DNA of 64,000 bases from Hyaloraphidium curvatum SAG 235-1 (GCA_025558095.1 JAIVFI010000026.1:551045-615044); one strand, 5' to 3'. Shown: positions 22,408 to 34,672, numbered from the stretch's first letter. Numbers and translations: made by a program. Notes: generated from the sequence alone by a model not told the origin.

Positions 22408-23544
22408 TTACTCAGGGAGGAGCTCGATTGCGTTGGTTTCCATCGCGGTCTCGAAAGCTCGCGAGAACATTGCCCAAAACATTTCGTCTCCCCTGTCGGT
22501 CCGCCCGACGAGCATCCCGGCGTACACCGCCGTCAGCATGCCCGCAAACTGGCCGTGTTTGAAGCCGTCCCACGCGGCTTCGAACGAGTAGTCCTTGACC
22601 CCGAGCCGTGTCACCTCGTCGTGCCAGAGCCTCAGCAGCCGCTCCTGGTGGGCCCGGCGATCCTCCGGCCGCAGGCTCGCGCCCAGGAAGTAACCCACGT
22701 CCACGGCGCCGAGGCCCAGAGCGGGTGATTGCCAATCGAGGGTGTAGCACCACTCGGGCTCGCCGTCCTTGCCCGGCGGCGAGAAGATGACGTTGTCGAC
22801 GCGGTAGTCGACGTGCTGCATGGTGTAGGGCCCCTTTCCCGCCCTTCGGGCGATGTAGGTGCCGAGCATGGTCGCGAAGCGGTTGCCGAGGGCGAGCATG
22901 TCCGGTGTCAGACGGTCCTTGTAACGATCCACGAACCCCGGCCACAAGTGGTCCGCAAAGAGCTGGCAAAAGGCCGTCGTGTCGCGGGGCTCGCGCGGGT
23001 CACCCAGCCACGACGTTGTAGCCCACAGTTCGGGAGTCTCCCACATGGTGGCGTGGAGGATGGCCATCTGCTTCATGACCAGCTCGGCGGCCGCGACCGG
23101 ACAGCCCCTGATCTGGTCCCCGGGCTCCCCAGGTGCGAGGTCCTCGAGCAAAACTATCGTCGCCTCCCGCTCGGGCGCGTACTCGGCGGCCCAACAGCGC
23201 GCTATCCTCATCCCCGCGCGGCGAAGCATGGGCGCAATTGTGCGGTAGAACAGCGCCTCGCGCTCGTAATTGCGGCCCGTCAGTCCCAGCTGCCGGCTCG
23301 CGGGATCCGTCGAGACCATCTTGGCGATCAGCGTCCTCGGCGCGTCCTTCGGCACCTCTCCATTGTAGCCAATCGCGATCCGGTACGAGGTCGAAATCTG
23401 GCCCGTTCCAATCGCCTTTGCGGAGACGGTCGCGACATCGACGTCGAGCCCGTTGGCCCGGAGCACGCCCGCGAGCCAATCAGCCGTGATATCTTCCGCC
23501 TTCTGAGGGTATTCCTCGATCCGCGGCGGCCCCGAGCTGACCAT
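22408..23544 (-). CDS. Aminoglycoside phosphotransferase / ecdysteroid-kinase-like protein, bacterial type
   Basis: IGTGQ, P.TLIAK, YEREALFY, LLEDL, HVDYRVDNVIF (Brenner-type motif), LDWQ; intronless. Confidence 0.85.
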   Translation of the reverse strand: MVSSGPPRIEEYPQKAEDITADWLAGVLRANGLDVDVATVSAKAIGTGQISTSYRIAIGYNGEVPKDAPRTLIAKMVSTDPASRQLGLTGRNYEREALFYRTIAPMLRRAGMRIARCWAAEYAPEREATIVLLEDLAPGEPGDQIRGCPVAAAELVMKQMAILHATMWETPELWATTSWLGDPREPRDTTAFCQLFADHLWPGFVDRYKDRLTPDMLALGNRFATMLGTYIARRAGKGPYTMQHVDYRVDNVIFSPPGKDGEPEWCYTLDWQSPALGLGAVDVGYFLGASLRPEDRRAHQERLLRLWHDEVTRLGVKDYSFEAAWDGFKHGQFAGMLTAVYAGMLVGRTDRGDEMFWAMFSRAFETAMETNAIELLPE

Positions 23545-23708
23545 CCTCGGTGGATTGGCAAGGGACTGTCTGGGTGACAACAGACTGTTCTCCCGGATCC
23601 CCGGCTGTGGCAACCTCGAAGGACGTCTGATAGGCCCGGAAAGCAGCTGATACGGCTGTTGAGCGCTTTCGTTTGAAGCACCTCGGGTCGTTGCTGGACC
23701 GCGCCGCC

Positions 23709-24931
23709 ATGCCGCTGTCCCGCGCGGCGGCCGTTGTCGCCGCGGCAGCTGCCGCGGCCGGCGCCGCGATTGCCGTCTACCTGGGGCGAAAGGCGTGGAG
23801 GTCGGCAAAGGCCCGCGCCGAGCACGAGGAGAAGCTGCGCCCGCTCATCGAGAAGTTCGTCGCGTCCGGGGAGACCGACATCCACATCGCGGACGAGATC
23901 CGGTGGGTGCTCCCGTCCGGATCTCCTCAAGGTCCAGCTAACGGCTGGGCCGACGTCGCTCAGAACGCTCGTCATGCACTCGACCAACCCCCACGTTCAG
24001 GCCCTGACGGGCGTCCACGTCGGCTTCTCCTCGTTCATGGGCCAGAACATCGCCCGGATGGTGATGGCCTCGCCGCAGGGCCGCACGCCCGAAGCCAGCT
24101 ACGCCCGCTTCGAGCAGACCAACCGGCTGCTCTACCAGTACCTGCACTTCCCCCCCGACCACCCGCGCGCCGTCGAGGCCATCGAGCGGACCAACTACAT
24201 ACATTCGAGGTTCCCGGCAATCTTCGAAAAGTACAAGGACGACATGGTCTACATCTGGGCCCAGTACGCGCCCTTTGCGCACAAGCGCGTGGCCGAGCGG
24301 ATCGGCGCGCGGCGGCGGATGAAACCGGTGGAGCTGCAGGCCATCTGGCTGCTGAGCCGGGTGACGCTGCAGAAGATGGGCTGCGACGCGCCGGAGCGGT
24401 GGGAGGACGCGGAGAAGTTCTGCTACGGGTTCGAGGACGCAAAGATGGTCGAGACCAAGTCGTCGTGGGTCGTACCTGCCTCGTCCTCCGACGACCCGAC
24501 TAATCGCCACGTTCGCGGCAAGCATCATGCTCAGCGACCTCCTCCTGTCCTTCCCGAAGCACGTCAAGCCGACCGGCGCCCCGGAAGGCCTCTTCCGGAT
24601 CCTGTGCGAGGGCATCCTCTCCCCGCCCATGAAGCGCGCCGCCGGGCTCGCGGACCCCGCCCTGTCGACCCGCCTGGGCGCGTGGTACTTTTTCAACGTC
24701 GTCTTTCCCCTCACGGACCTGTGGTACTACCACTTTGCCTTTTCGGCCGCGCGGCACACGTTCCCTGGCGAGATGGGGGACGACGGGCTCGTGGCGAGGC
24801 CGATCATCGCGGGTCGGGAGATGCGGAGCGTCAAAGAGGAGGACTACGGGGCGAGGTTCCGGATCGCGGACGTGAACGACCGGTACGAGGTCGGCGCGAA
24901 GCTGCCCATGGGGCTCGATGGGGCGCAGTAG
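23709..24931 (+). CDS. MpaB/Lcp-like ER-bound oxygenase (DUF2236-type) with N-terminal anchor; introns 23903-23963 and 24465-24522
   Basis: RFEQT..AIERTNYIHSRF..DDMVY..IGARRRM..ELQAIW..MG motif series. Confidence 0.7.
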
Positions 24932-24985
24932 ATTGGGCTGCAGGCAAGACGAATCAAGCTTCCTTCAACGGAGACCTCCCCGCGA

Positions 24986-25553
24986 CTACTCCTTTGGCGG
25001 ACCGGCCAGGTACACCTCGTCCGGGACATGTTCCATCCAGTTGACCACCTTGCCGTCCAACGCCTCCTGGATAGCGATGTGGGTCATCGCCGTCGTCGGC
25101 GTCGCCCCGTGCCAGTGCCTGCGAACCATGAAAGGGAAACTCAGCGTCATGTCCGCCCTGCCCGCATGCGCCTTTCAGTACCGGTGGTTCGAAGGGCACG
25201 TTACCACGTCGCCGGCGCGGATCTCCGCCACAGGGCCGCCCTCGCACTGCGTCCAGCCGACGCCGTCGGTGACCACGAGGATCTGCCCAAGCGGATGCGT
25301 GTGCCTGGCAGGGAAGACGGACACAAGGTGGGAGAAGAGCGGAACCGCAGCGAGCAGGTCAACCACGAGTCGCCCCCGGCAGACGCTTCGACACCCACCA
25401 CGCCGTCCTCGCACCGGGTTGGAACGTGACCTTTGCGCACGCCACCCTCCCCGGGGCCGCGGCGGACGCGAGGGGCTGGTGGGAGACGCTGCCGGTGAAC
25501 CACGCGGGGTTGCCCGCGCTGGCCTTGTTGGTCCCCGCGCGGATGACGTTCAT
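24986..25553 (-). CDS. Cupin (bacterial hydroxynitrile-lyase-like family); introns 25305-25398 and 25119-25181
   Basis: Spliced sequence [62 protein letters not shown]. Confidence 0.9.
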
Positions 25554-26274
25554 CGCGGGGGGGGTGGGGCGCTTGGTAGAGTTAGGGCGAGGGCGCTGGG
25601 GAACGGGGGGTTCGGAGGTGCTTTGCGACGCGAAGATGGAGTTCTCGCGCGCTATGGTGCAGTGGAGGGAGACAGCGCCGCGTCGATTCCGCCACCATCC
25701 CGCCGCACCCCGCGTTCGCAGGCGAAGCGATCCAAACAATCAGTAAACGAACAAAGAGCGATGAATGGAATGCGAACAGAAACCGAGGTGGTGCACCATA
25801 TGACCATCTCCAGTGTCGCAAGCCACGATCCATCCGCATACTCTTTGGAAGCACCGATCTATAACACCAGTGCCCGAAGCTAGACCTGTACAGTGCAGCT
25901 CTCGTCACGAAAGGCTCCGTTATCGACCCCACGTCACAGCACATACGCCCGCCCTCGCGTTCCACCCGCTACCCATGACCCAGTCCATGCCGTGCACCAA
26001 GTCGAGAAAAGAAAATCCGCGGCCCATTGTGGACGCAGGAACGCGTACACGTCCTGCACCACGAATCAGGCAGCAGACTGAGGTGGGAAGAGTGCGTGGG
26101 GAAGAGCACGCCCCGGCTTCCCCGAGAGTCCGAATCGGCCACCGAGTGGAGCCCCGTATGGCCGCGGAACAGCCCCACGTCCGAGCTATTATCCACAAAG
26201 CCCCGTCGCCCGCGTCCATCCGCCGATCCGAGCCCCTCCCGCGCCGCGGTGCCGATGCCGGAGCCCGCGGGTGG

Positions 26275-26567
26275 CTAGGTGTCTCCCGCCGCGGCCTTGC
26301 CCTCCGCCGGTATCGCCACCGCCACCGCCACGCTCGTATTCCCCACGTTGCACACGGGCCTGTGTTCCGGGTACGCCAGACGCTGGCACTCGGCGCTGCG
26401 GGGCGGGGGGATGAGCCCCAAAGCCGGGGCCCTTGCGCGGCGGACACCGACCTGCAGTACCGCTCGATCCCGCAGCGCAGGCAGCAGCGGCGGCCGGCGG
26501 GCTTGGAGCAGCCGGCGCGGCCGCATTGGAGGCCGGCGGCGGGCGGCGCGGCGCCGCCGAGGTTCAT
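26275..26567 (-). CDS. Small zf-MYND protein; intron at 26396-26451
   Basis: Spliced CGRAGC..CLRCGIERYCSAECQRLAYPEHRPVC. Confidence 0.65.
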
Positions 26568-26813
26568 CGCGGGCCGGGTGAACTCCTTCAAACTCCTTCC
26601 AAGGGGTCCGGGCACCGCACTGCGCTGCCGGCAACGGCCTGGCTGAGCACGCACGCTCTTTTCCGGTCGCTGCGGTGTCCTGGAAGCCCGCAGGGGTGCG
26701 GTTTTTGTGGTCCGCGAAATCGGCTTCCGGTTCGATGCGGCACCGTGCGGCAGAGGCGGCGACGTGGCGATCGGACCCGCGCATCGGCACACATCCGCGG
26801 GCCAAGGGCGGCC

Positions 26814-28109
26814 ATGGAGCATCCCGGCAGCTCGGAGTCATCCGATGCATGGTCCTCCTTCGACCGGAGTGGGTTTTTGGAGGCCGTGACGTCGATGATG
26901 GCCGTGGTCCGCGGCGGCTTATCGGACCTGCTCGGGGAGCTCCAGGCCGGCCCCAAGGGCGAGGATCAATTGGAGCGGATCCGGAGATTGTGCCGAGACG
27001 TGTCTGCCGGGTTCCGCGACGTCGTGGTCCTCTGCAATGCGCTCCGTGAGGCCGTCCGCATCAATCCGGCGGATCTGGCGCGGTCGACGCACTCCGGGTT
27101 CCTCGAAGCGTTCCTGCCGGCCGACTTTGCTGCCACCTGCACGAGTTTTGCACCCGGGCCCCTATATGGCGAGATCGTGCACGCCGTGTTCCGCCAGCAC
27201 TTCCATCTGGTCTTCGACATCCTCGTTTCGCTCACGGACGAGGCGCTGCGGCGTGATTGGGGCTACACGGGCGCAGCCGTGCCGCGACCCGTCTGGGACG
27301 CAGACCTGGATGCGTTCGCGATCTCCCCATCTTCGCCGCCGGGCCGGTGGAGAGCCTTCGGCGCCGTGGCCCATGTCGCCGACCACGCGGGGGTGCTGGT
27401 CGGCCGGTTCATCGACGTGCTGCCGCTCCGGAAGCGGATGGCGGAGGACGCGGCGTTCGTCGGCGCCATGTGCGCCCTCGCATTGACGGACAGGGACCTC
27501 TTCGAGGCGATGGACCTGGGCTGGAACTGCGGCCTCCGCCGCCTCGACGGCGTGCTCGGGACCTTGGTCATGGTCGGGAGCATCGCCGGCAGCATCATAG
27601 CCGAGGCATGCGGCTCCGATGGCCGCCTGCCGCCGGATTCCTCGCTGCGCAAGCCCGCGCGCGAGAAGCTCGGTCTCGAGACCGCTCTTCTGCTGCGGTC
27701 GGTGCCGTCGGCGCTCGCCGGGGAGCTCGATAGCCCGGGATTCAGAGGCAGGCGCGCGCTGGAAAACTTTGCGGAGCACATGCTCGAGATCACCGGCAGG
27801 GATCCCGGGGGAGCATCGGCTCCTTACGACGAAGTAGCAGACCCGGAGGAAACGCTCAAGAGGATGAAGGTCTCGCTGCGGACCATGGCCATGGATCGAA
27901 CCGACCGCTGCGACGGGTGTGGTTCTGTGCGCAAGGGGGGGGAGCTCAGGAAGTGCGGCGGGTGCGGGACGGCGCGGTACTGCGGGACAGAGTGCCAGCG
28001 CGCGGCGTGGGCCGAGCACAAGGGGGTTTGCCGCCGAGCCAGCACGAGGACCGAATCAAGACCCGTTCTCTTGCGAATCAGACGCTGCCTCGGCGGATCG
28101 TCCACGTGA
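26814..28109 (+). CDS. Protein with C-terminal zf-MYND finger
   Basis: CDGC..RKCGGCGTARYCGTECQRAAWAEHKGVC. Confidence 0.85.
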   Translation: MEHPGSSESSDAWSSFDRSGFLEAVTSMMAVVRGGLSDLLGELQAGPKGEDQLERIRRLCRDVSAGFRDVVVLCNALREAVRINPADLARSTHSGFLEAFLPADFAATCTSFAPGPLYGEIVHAVFRQHFHLVFDILVSLTDEALRRDWGYTGAAVPRPVWDADLDAFAISPSSPPGRWRAFGAVAHVADHAGVLVGRFIDVLPLRKRMAEDAAFVGAMCALALTDRDLFEAMDLGWNCGLRRLDGVLGTLVMVGSIAGSIIAEACGSDGRLPPDSSLRKPAREKLGLETALLLRSVPSALAGELDSPGFRGRRALENFAEHMLEITGRDPGGASAPYDEVADPEETLKRMKVSLRTMAMDRTDRCDGCGSVRKGGELRKCGGCGTARYCGTECQRAAWAEHKGVCRRASTRTESRPVLLRIRRCLGGSST

Positions 28110-28376
28110 TCGAGATGCCGAAGTCTTGGCGCCGCCTCGTGCGAGGGTCTCCGACTTCGTGGGGGAAGACTCCACAAGGTTCCGGCCGCAACTCGCCGAA
28201 TCTCCCCGGGATCGTTCTCCTGAACATCTGGCGCACTCGCCGGGCGCATCCTTCCTGCCGATCGGGCCTTCCCGTCTGTTTACTGCTTCGGGACGAATGG
28301 GCTTGTGGCTGAGCCCGGGTTTTCCTCGCTGAACGTTCCAAACACGGACCCCCGACCGACGGAGCATCGCGGCCCG

Positions 28377-30410
28377 ATGCCCGCCATGGCCCGCTTCGGT
28401 GTTATTGCGCTGCTGACGCTGCTCCCGGGCGCGCTCGCGGCGACGTACCGGGTCGAGGCGGGCGGCTCGTCGCCCCCGGCGCTGCCTTCCAACGGGTCGC
28501 TCTCTCTCGCGGGTGCCTCGGCCCTCTCTTCCCAGCTGCGGCCGGGCGACGTGCTCGAGCTGTGCGGCGACCTCCGCGGCGGGCTGGCGGTGGCGGCGTC
28601 GGGGCAGCCCGGGGCGCCGGTGCGCGTCACGGCGTGCGCGGGCGGGGCGCGGCTGTCGGCCGGCTTCGGCGTGCCGGCCTCGGCGTGGACCCCCTTCAAG
28701 GGCAATATCTTCAAAGCGACCGTTGCGGGCGACGTCGCCGGCTTGCTCTCCAACGGGGTGCAGATGGTCCGCGCCCGCACCCCCAACCTCGTCGACCTCG
28801 CCGACCGCACCGGCGCCCGCGAGGAGGAGTGGATAAAGCCCGGCACGCCCGGCCAGGACGTCTGGGCGGCCGACGTCGGCGGCCCCGACGGGCGGTGGAA
28901 CGGCGCCGTGGCCCGCGTGCGGTCGCAGAACTGGATCTACGAGGCCGCGACTGTCAGGTCCAGCACGGCCAAGGAGCTGGCGTTCGACAGGCCGCTGGTC
29001 TTCAAGCCCAGCGAGGACGCGCGGTTCTACCTCGAGGGCAAGCTCGAGATGCTCGACGCCCCGGGCGAGTGGTTCCACGACGCCGCGGCAAGCACGCTCT
29101 ACTTCCAGCCGGCGAACGGTTCCGACATGTCGGGAGCCGCGGTCGAGTGGCTCCCCGCCGGCGTCCCGCTGCTCACCGTCACCGGCTCCTACGTCACTGT
29201 CGACAACCTGGTCCTCTCGGGCGGCCAGGACGGTATCCTCCTGGGCGCCAACGTCGAGGGCGTCACCATCGCCAACAGCACCTTCCGCACCATCCTGCAC
29301 CACGGCATCCACGCCCCCGAGAACGTGCGCAACGTGACCATCTCGGGCAACGACATGTCCGGGTGCGGGCGGCATGGCATCCTCCTCCCCAACTCCAACT
29401 ACTCCTCGATCGAGGGCAACAGGATCACCAAGATCGGCCTCGCCGCGGGCCTCGGCCCCTCCGCCGGCCCGGAGCTCCCCAACCTCCCCCTCGTCTACGC
29501 CGGCGTCGCGGTGTACACCACCGGCACCGCCAACTCGATCGCGGACAACCGGATCGACGACGTCGGGTACCACGGGATCCAGCTCGCCGGCGGGGACAAG
29601 CTCGCCACCTTCGCGTGGAGCTACTCCCCCGCCTGCACGGGCAACGTCATCAGCAGGGTGTGCAGGGCGCTGGCGGACTGCGGCGCCATCTACGCCCGCG
29701 AGACGCTGGACCCGCTGGTCGAGGGCAATACGATCGTGACGGCGGTCGGCAACGGCGAGAGCGCGGGCAGGCCCGAGAGAAGCTACCTCGCCAACGGGAT
29801 CTACATCGACGAGGAGAGCGCGCGCGCCGTGGTGCGCGGCAACACGGTCGTCAACGCGAGCACGGCCGGCATCTACGTCCACCGCGCCGTCAACTGCACC
29901 TTCGAGGGCAACACGGTCGCGGGCAGCGCGACGGCCAAGCAGATCCGGCCCGTGGGGCGGAACGCGATGTTCGGGAACGTGTTCCGGAACAACGACCTCG
30001 CGGCGCTGCGGGCCGACGCGAGGTTCACGTGGCAGGAGGGGAGGGAGCCGAGCACGACGGGGATCATGGCGGACCACGAGGGGGAGGCGTATTGCCCCCC
30101 CGAATCGGAAGGTACCGATCCCGGGCAGCGGTTCTCGGTGGTGCAGAGGGAGCTGGTGACCTACGACGAGTGGAGGACGGTGGTCAACGACAACGCGACG
30201 CGGGTCTGCGACGCCGGCGTACGGGCCAGGATCGCGGCCGCCATGTCGGCGGCCATGGAGAAGCTGGACGCGGCGATGGTGGTCGGCGCGCAGAAGGAGC
30301 CGCCGGCGGTGGTCAACCCGCCGGCCAAGCCCGGGGCCGCGGCGAGGGTGGCGGCCTGGGCGGGCTTGGTGCTGGCGACTTTGGCGGCGGCGGGGGTGCT
30401 GGCCTGGTGA
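28377..30410 (+). CDS. Secreted right-handed beta-helix (pectin-lyase fold) protein with C-terminal GPI/TM segment
   Basis: Signal peptide; RARTPN, FYLEGKLEMLDAPGEWF, PbH1-like repeats, DCGAIY, GIYIDE; hydrophobic tail; intronless. Confidence 0.85.
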   Translation: MPAMARFGVIALLTLLPGALAATYRVEAGGSSPPALPSNGSLSLAGASALSSQLRPGDVLELCGDLRGGLAVAASGQPGAPVRVTACAGGARLSAGFGVPASAWTPFKGNIFKATVAGDVAGLLSNGVQMVRARTPNLVDLADRTGAREEEWIKPGTPGQDVWAADVGGPDGRWNGAVARVRSQNWIYEAATVRSSTAKELAFDRPLVFKPSEDARFYLEGKLEMLDAPGEWFHDAAASTLYFQPANGSDMSGAAVEWLPAGVPLLTVTGSYVTVDNLVLSGGQDGILLGANVEGVTIANSTFRTILHHGIHAPENVRNVTISGNDMSGCGRHGILLPNSNYSSIEGNRITKIGLAAGLGPSAGPELPNLPLVYAGVAVYTTGTANSIADNRIDDVGYHGIQLAGGDKLATFAWSYSPACTGNVISRVCRALADCGAIYARETLDPLVEGNTIVTAVGNGESAGRPERSYLANGIYIDEESARAVVRGNTVVNASTAGIYVHRAVNCTFEGNTVAGSATAKQIRPVGRNAMFGNVFRNNDLAALRADARFTWQEGREPSTTGIMADHEGEAYCPPESEGTDPGQRFSVVQRELVTYDEWRTVVNDNATRVCDAGVRARIAAAMSAAMEKLDAAMVVGAQKEPPAVVNPPAKPGAAARVAAWAGLVLATLAAAGVLAW

Positions 30411-30739
30411 TCCGAGGACGTCGAGGACTGGATTCCATTTGGATTTGTTCGTGTATTCGGGGAGGATCCCCGCTAATGCTAGTGCGTGTACGACACGTTC
30501 CCGTGCGGCACCGCCACGGCGAGCCGGCGGTGTCCGCGGGGATCCGCCGCCAAAACCACCAGATCGGCGTCAGCAGCCCTTCCTCAAACAAAGACGCACC
30601 GTATCGGACGGTCGGAGCCCCGTTCCCGCGTCTGCGGATCGGACTTCCGGACGCGGGCTGGTGCCTAGCCACTTGACGTTTTCCCTCGCAGGAACCACCG
30701 ACAGCCGGGAACGTTCCATTCCCCTCGCGCCCCCCCCCC

Positions 30740-31799
30740 ATGAGCCGCCCCGCCCTCGCCGCCACCGTGTTTGCGCTGCTCCTCGCGGGCGCCGCCGCGC
30801 AGTCGACGACGGTCGCTGCCTCGGCGACGTCGGGATCCGCCACCGCCACCCGCACGCGGACCACCACGGCGCCCGGTATCGCCCCCACGGGAGTCGTCAA
30901 CGGGTTTCTCCCGTGGCCCACGAATGGAACGCTCGTGTTCAACCAGGTGGGCGGGTCTCGGGCGTCGGAGTGCCGAATTGCCCGACCAACCGTCGAACCT
31001 CCCGGCCATTCTGCCCGCTCCCTTCTAGACGACCGGCTGCCAGAGATGGTACATCTTTGTTCCCAAGGATCACCAGCTTGTTAGCACCGCCTGCGTGAAT
31101 GCCGTGGGTTTTATTTGATTGGAGGACGCCGTTTGCCCGCCCGTCTCACCCCAACCGCCTCGCAGGGCTTCGCCTGGGCCTGGATCTACGACAAGGACGA
31201 GACCACCCGCGGCGACACCATCCCCGCCAACATAACGGCCGAGAACAACGTCTGCCTGCTGCCCAACTACGACCAGCCCCCGTTCAACCGCGACGTCCGC
31301 GGGCGGTGGGTCCCTCCGTCCCGCCTCCCTTCCCGGCCGCCCTGACACGCCTTTCCGACAGCCGCTACTTCCCCAGCAACCCAGGCGAGACCACCCGCCA
31401 GCGGTGCTTCACCGAGCCCGTCCCCAAGACGACGACCAACTGCCTGAGCTACGACGCGGTGTTCTACATGTACACCGTGACCAACTGGACCAACGCCACG
31501 GACTCGGACGGCAGGCCCGTCGCGGCGACCGAGTTCAAGGTGCCCTCGATACTCAACATCACCGACTCGGACATTGTTCCCTGCGGGTCGTGGTGGGGTT
31601 GCCCCGACGTCGCTCTCCCGGGAGAAGCTGATCCTGCCATCCTGACAGGACCACCGCCACCGGCGCCACCAGCGCCACGCGCACGGGGACCGCCACGGCC
31701 AGCACCTCACGGCCGGGCGCTGCCGGTCCGGGACTCCGCGCCGGCGTGGAGGTGGTCGCGGCTGCCGTCTTTGCCGCCGTTGGGATGCTCGTGCTGTAG
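30740..31799 (+). CDS. Secreted Cys-containing, S/T-rich, probably GPI-anchored protein with micro-exons
   Basis: Signal peptide; predicted exons of 20 nt (31029-31048) and 19 nt (31085-31103) keep the frame; tail VEVVAAAVFAAVGMLVL*. Confidence 0.65.
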
Positions 31800-32182
31800 T
31801 GTATCGATCTGGTTCGCGGCGTTGCAATGTCGAGTTGAGGGGTCTATTGGATGCAGGCTACCGCATTATGCAGGCAATACAATTGAAAGTGGAAAAGACC
31901 AGTCTTGCTCAGTGGTCCCCCAGGCCTATCCCCTGAAGCCGCGAGCCGCTGCTGTCGAACATCGCAATTGTCGGCCATTCGAACGAGAATTGTTGAGCTT
32001 TACGCAGGCACCAAACTATCCTATCCGTGCGGTGCAAGTTGTGCAGCGATCAGCGTAAATGACTTTGCGTTGCGGCCGGACGCCCACACACTTTCGCGTT
32101 ACCGCCCCGTCTCGAAAGCGACACCGTCCTCCGAAGCGTGGCTGCTCGCGAAGCTGAAGCGACCGCCCTCGCCAGCCCGTAG

Positions 32183-33250
32183 GTGACGTTCGACCGCGCC
32201 CGCTTCCTCGCGGACGTGGCTTCCCTCCTGGCCCCCGTCCGGCCTCGCTTCGAGCAGCTCCTCGCGCTGCTTCGCCCGGGTCTCCGGGGACGTAACGCAC
32301 GCAGTCGGAGGCAGCTCATCACGGAGCTTGTTGCGGGTGCACGGCGCCTTTTTGGCCCGCTTCCATGCTCGTCGGAGGGCTTCTGCAGGTGGCGGCGGGG
32401 ACGGAGCCCGCCAAGTTAGTGCCCGGCGACGGGAAGCAGGCCCAACAGGACCTGGAAACGTATCTTTCCGCTACATGCCACGGTCACGAATGGTCCCTTG
32501 CCCCCGCCGATCTCGTCGCGGACATGCTCCGCGCCGTGTTCCGCGAACACTTCCCCCTGGTACGCAGGATCATGGTGACCTGCATGTCCGACGAGCTCAG
32601 GCACGCCTGGGGCTACGTGCTGCATTGGCGCGAGGCGGAACGGGACAGGCCCGCGCACGCTGCGGCCGCCGCGCGGCGGTGCGTGGAGGCCGTTCGCGGA
32701 GGTGACGAGGATCGCCGCCGCTGCGGAGGGCATGGTGACATTCTTTTCCTATTCGAAGCCGCTGGTGGACAGGGTATCCGACGACGCAATCTTCGTGGGG
32801 TCTCTGCTGACCAACGCGTGGAACCTCGGCGACGTTTGGGACGCCATGGACAGGGAATGGATCCGGGACGGACCGACGCTGAGCAAGGTGCTGACGGGGC
32901 TGATTTACTCCACCTTGTTGGACGCACAGCCCTGTACAAGCTCGTCCGCAAGAGGATCGGGCCTGCCCTCGGCCTCGCGGGGTTCCTGCGGTGTATCGTC
33001 CCCGAAGCGCACAGGTCGCTGCAAACCCGGCCGGATTTCCGCGAGATCGGACTTGACGAGACCCGTTGGACGCTGTTGTCGGCTTGACAATGGGTGGAGG
33101 ACATCGTGAGGGACCCGTACGGTCCGATCGGACACGGGTTGGAGCAGTCTGCGCCGGCCGAGCGACCCGCATGGAAGCAATGGCTGGCCTCTGTGCGCAG
33201 TGACAGATCGCCGCATTCGACGGCCAACGGGAGGCGTGCAGGTCTGCCAG
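32183..33250 (+). pseudogene. Frameshifted paralog of the MYND-family gene at 26814
   Basis: FDRARFLADV, AVFREHFPLVRRIMVTCMSDELRHAWGY and DAIFVGSL..WDAMD blocks match the 26814 product but lie in different frames; no MYND finger seen. Confidence 0.7.
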
Positions 33251-33409
33251 GGACAAGTGCAGGTAGCAAGTTTCATTCCCTTGTTCGTCTTGTGCGCACT
33301 TTGCGTGTACGAAGCAATCAGAGCAATCGAACGTTCCAAGGGCTTCTCGAGGTGCCCCGCTTCGGCCCCCCTACCGCCACGCGCATCAGGATTTTGCTCC
33401 CATTCTCGC

Positions 33410-34110
33410 TCAAAGTGCCGCAAGCAGCCCCGCGGCGCCGGCAATCAGCGAAGCCGCCGCTCCGTTGCGCCATCCGATCCTACCCGCTCCGGCTGGCCGC
33501 GGGGGCCGGGAGGTTGTCTGCGCCGGGACAACGGGCTGCCCGGGCGTACGCGTCTGCGTCGGGACGGTCCTGCGGGGAACGGTGATCAGTCCGCGCCGTC
33601 GCCAGCCGCGGGAGGGACCCACGTGGCGACGGGCTCTGCGGTGCGGGTGCGGGTGGCGGGGATGGCGGTGGCGGTGGGCGACGCGCTGGCCAGCGAGGCC
33701 AAGATCGACCTGCTTGCCAGCGAACTTGCGATCGATCTGCTCGCGAGCGAGCTCGCGATCGACCCCGTGGCGACGGCGCTGACGGCGGACGCGGCGGCGG
33801 TGGCTGCGCTGAGGATGCTCCCCGACGCCGTGGCGAGGGCGCCGCACGCCGCGGCCAGCCCGTCCGCGGTGACGTTTGCCCACGCGAGCTGGTCGCACGT
33901 GGCGACGCAGGAGGCGACCAGCGTCGGGCTGCCGCACGCGCACGCGACCGCCGCCGCGGCGCCGTCCGCCGCCGCCGCCGCACAGAGGGTGGCGAGCGCC
34001 GCGCACGGCGGGGTCGCGCAGCCGGTCTGGCGCGGCGACGCGGCGGCTGCGGGCCAGGCAAGGAGCGCGAACAGCAGGCAGAGTGTGGGCGCGGCGAGAA
34101 CGGCCCTCAT
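33410..34110 (-). CDS. Small GPI-type surface protein with Cys-rich (CFEM-like) N-terminus; intron at 33570-33622
   Basis: Signal peptide, C..C..CxC..C..C spacing, A/S/T stalk with a SLAS repeat, tail SLIAGAAGLLAAL*. Confidence 0.7.
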
Positions 34111-34501
34111 GTTGGTAGTTGGCGTGCTCGTGATGGCGTCCTATTCGTGGTGTTTTGGCGCCCGTCATTTGGGCCACAGCAAGGCACAGCAGCGAGGATC
34201 CTCGAAAAGTCTGGGCGGAAAGAATCCGGACTCAGCAGCTCCTCTGGAAGCACCCGCGCCCGAGGGTTCGAAGCAGTGTTAGAAGGCGGGCTTGAACTGC
34301 GCCGCTGTGCAGTTTCGATGGCGGAGGCGCTCGACTTGAACCTGTCGCCGCCCGACAATGCAACCTCCGGACAGCGTACACGCCAGAACGGCAAGCAGGG
34401 GACGAGGACCGCGACCGACCTTCGGGAGAGAGTTCAACACAGTGGTGACGCCGGGCGCCCCGAGCGCATGGTGGGACAGCTACAAGTCGTGGTGACCTGC
34501 A

Positions 34502-34576
34502 GACGGCTGGCAGCCCCTGTGCGCGTTCCTCAGGCTGCCCGTGCCCGAGGGCGTGCCCTACCCGCGGACCAACGAG
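34502..34576 (+). pseudogene. Sulfotransferase-like (Sulfotransfer_4) C-terminal relic
   Basis: DGWQPLCAFLRLPVPEGVPYPRTNE matches the family GWxPLCxFL..PVP..P.P..N motif; an in-frame stop lies just upstream. Confidence 0.55.
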
Positions 34577-34672
34577 CAGGGTTTAACGCTGAGCTGACGG
34601 CGAGGGGAGGGTTGCTCACGCAGTACAAAGAGCGGCTGGGGAGCCGTTCGCGGATATCGTTAGGGAGTCCGC

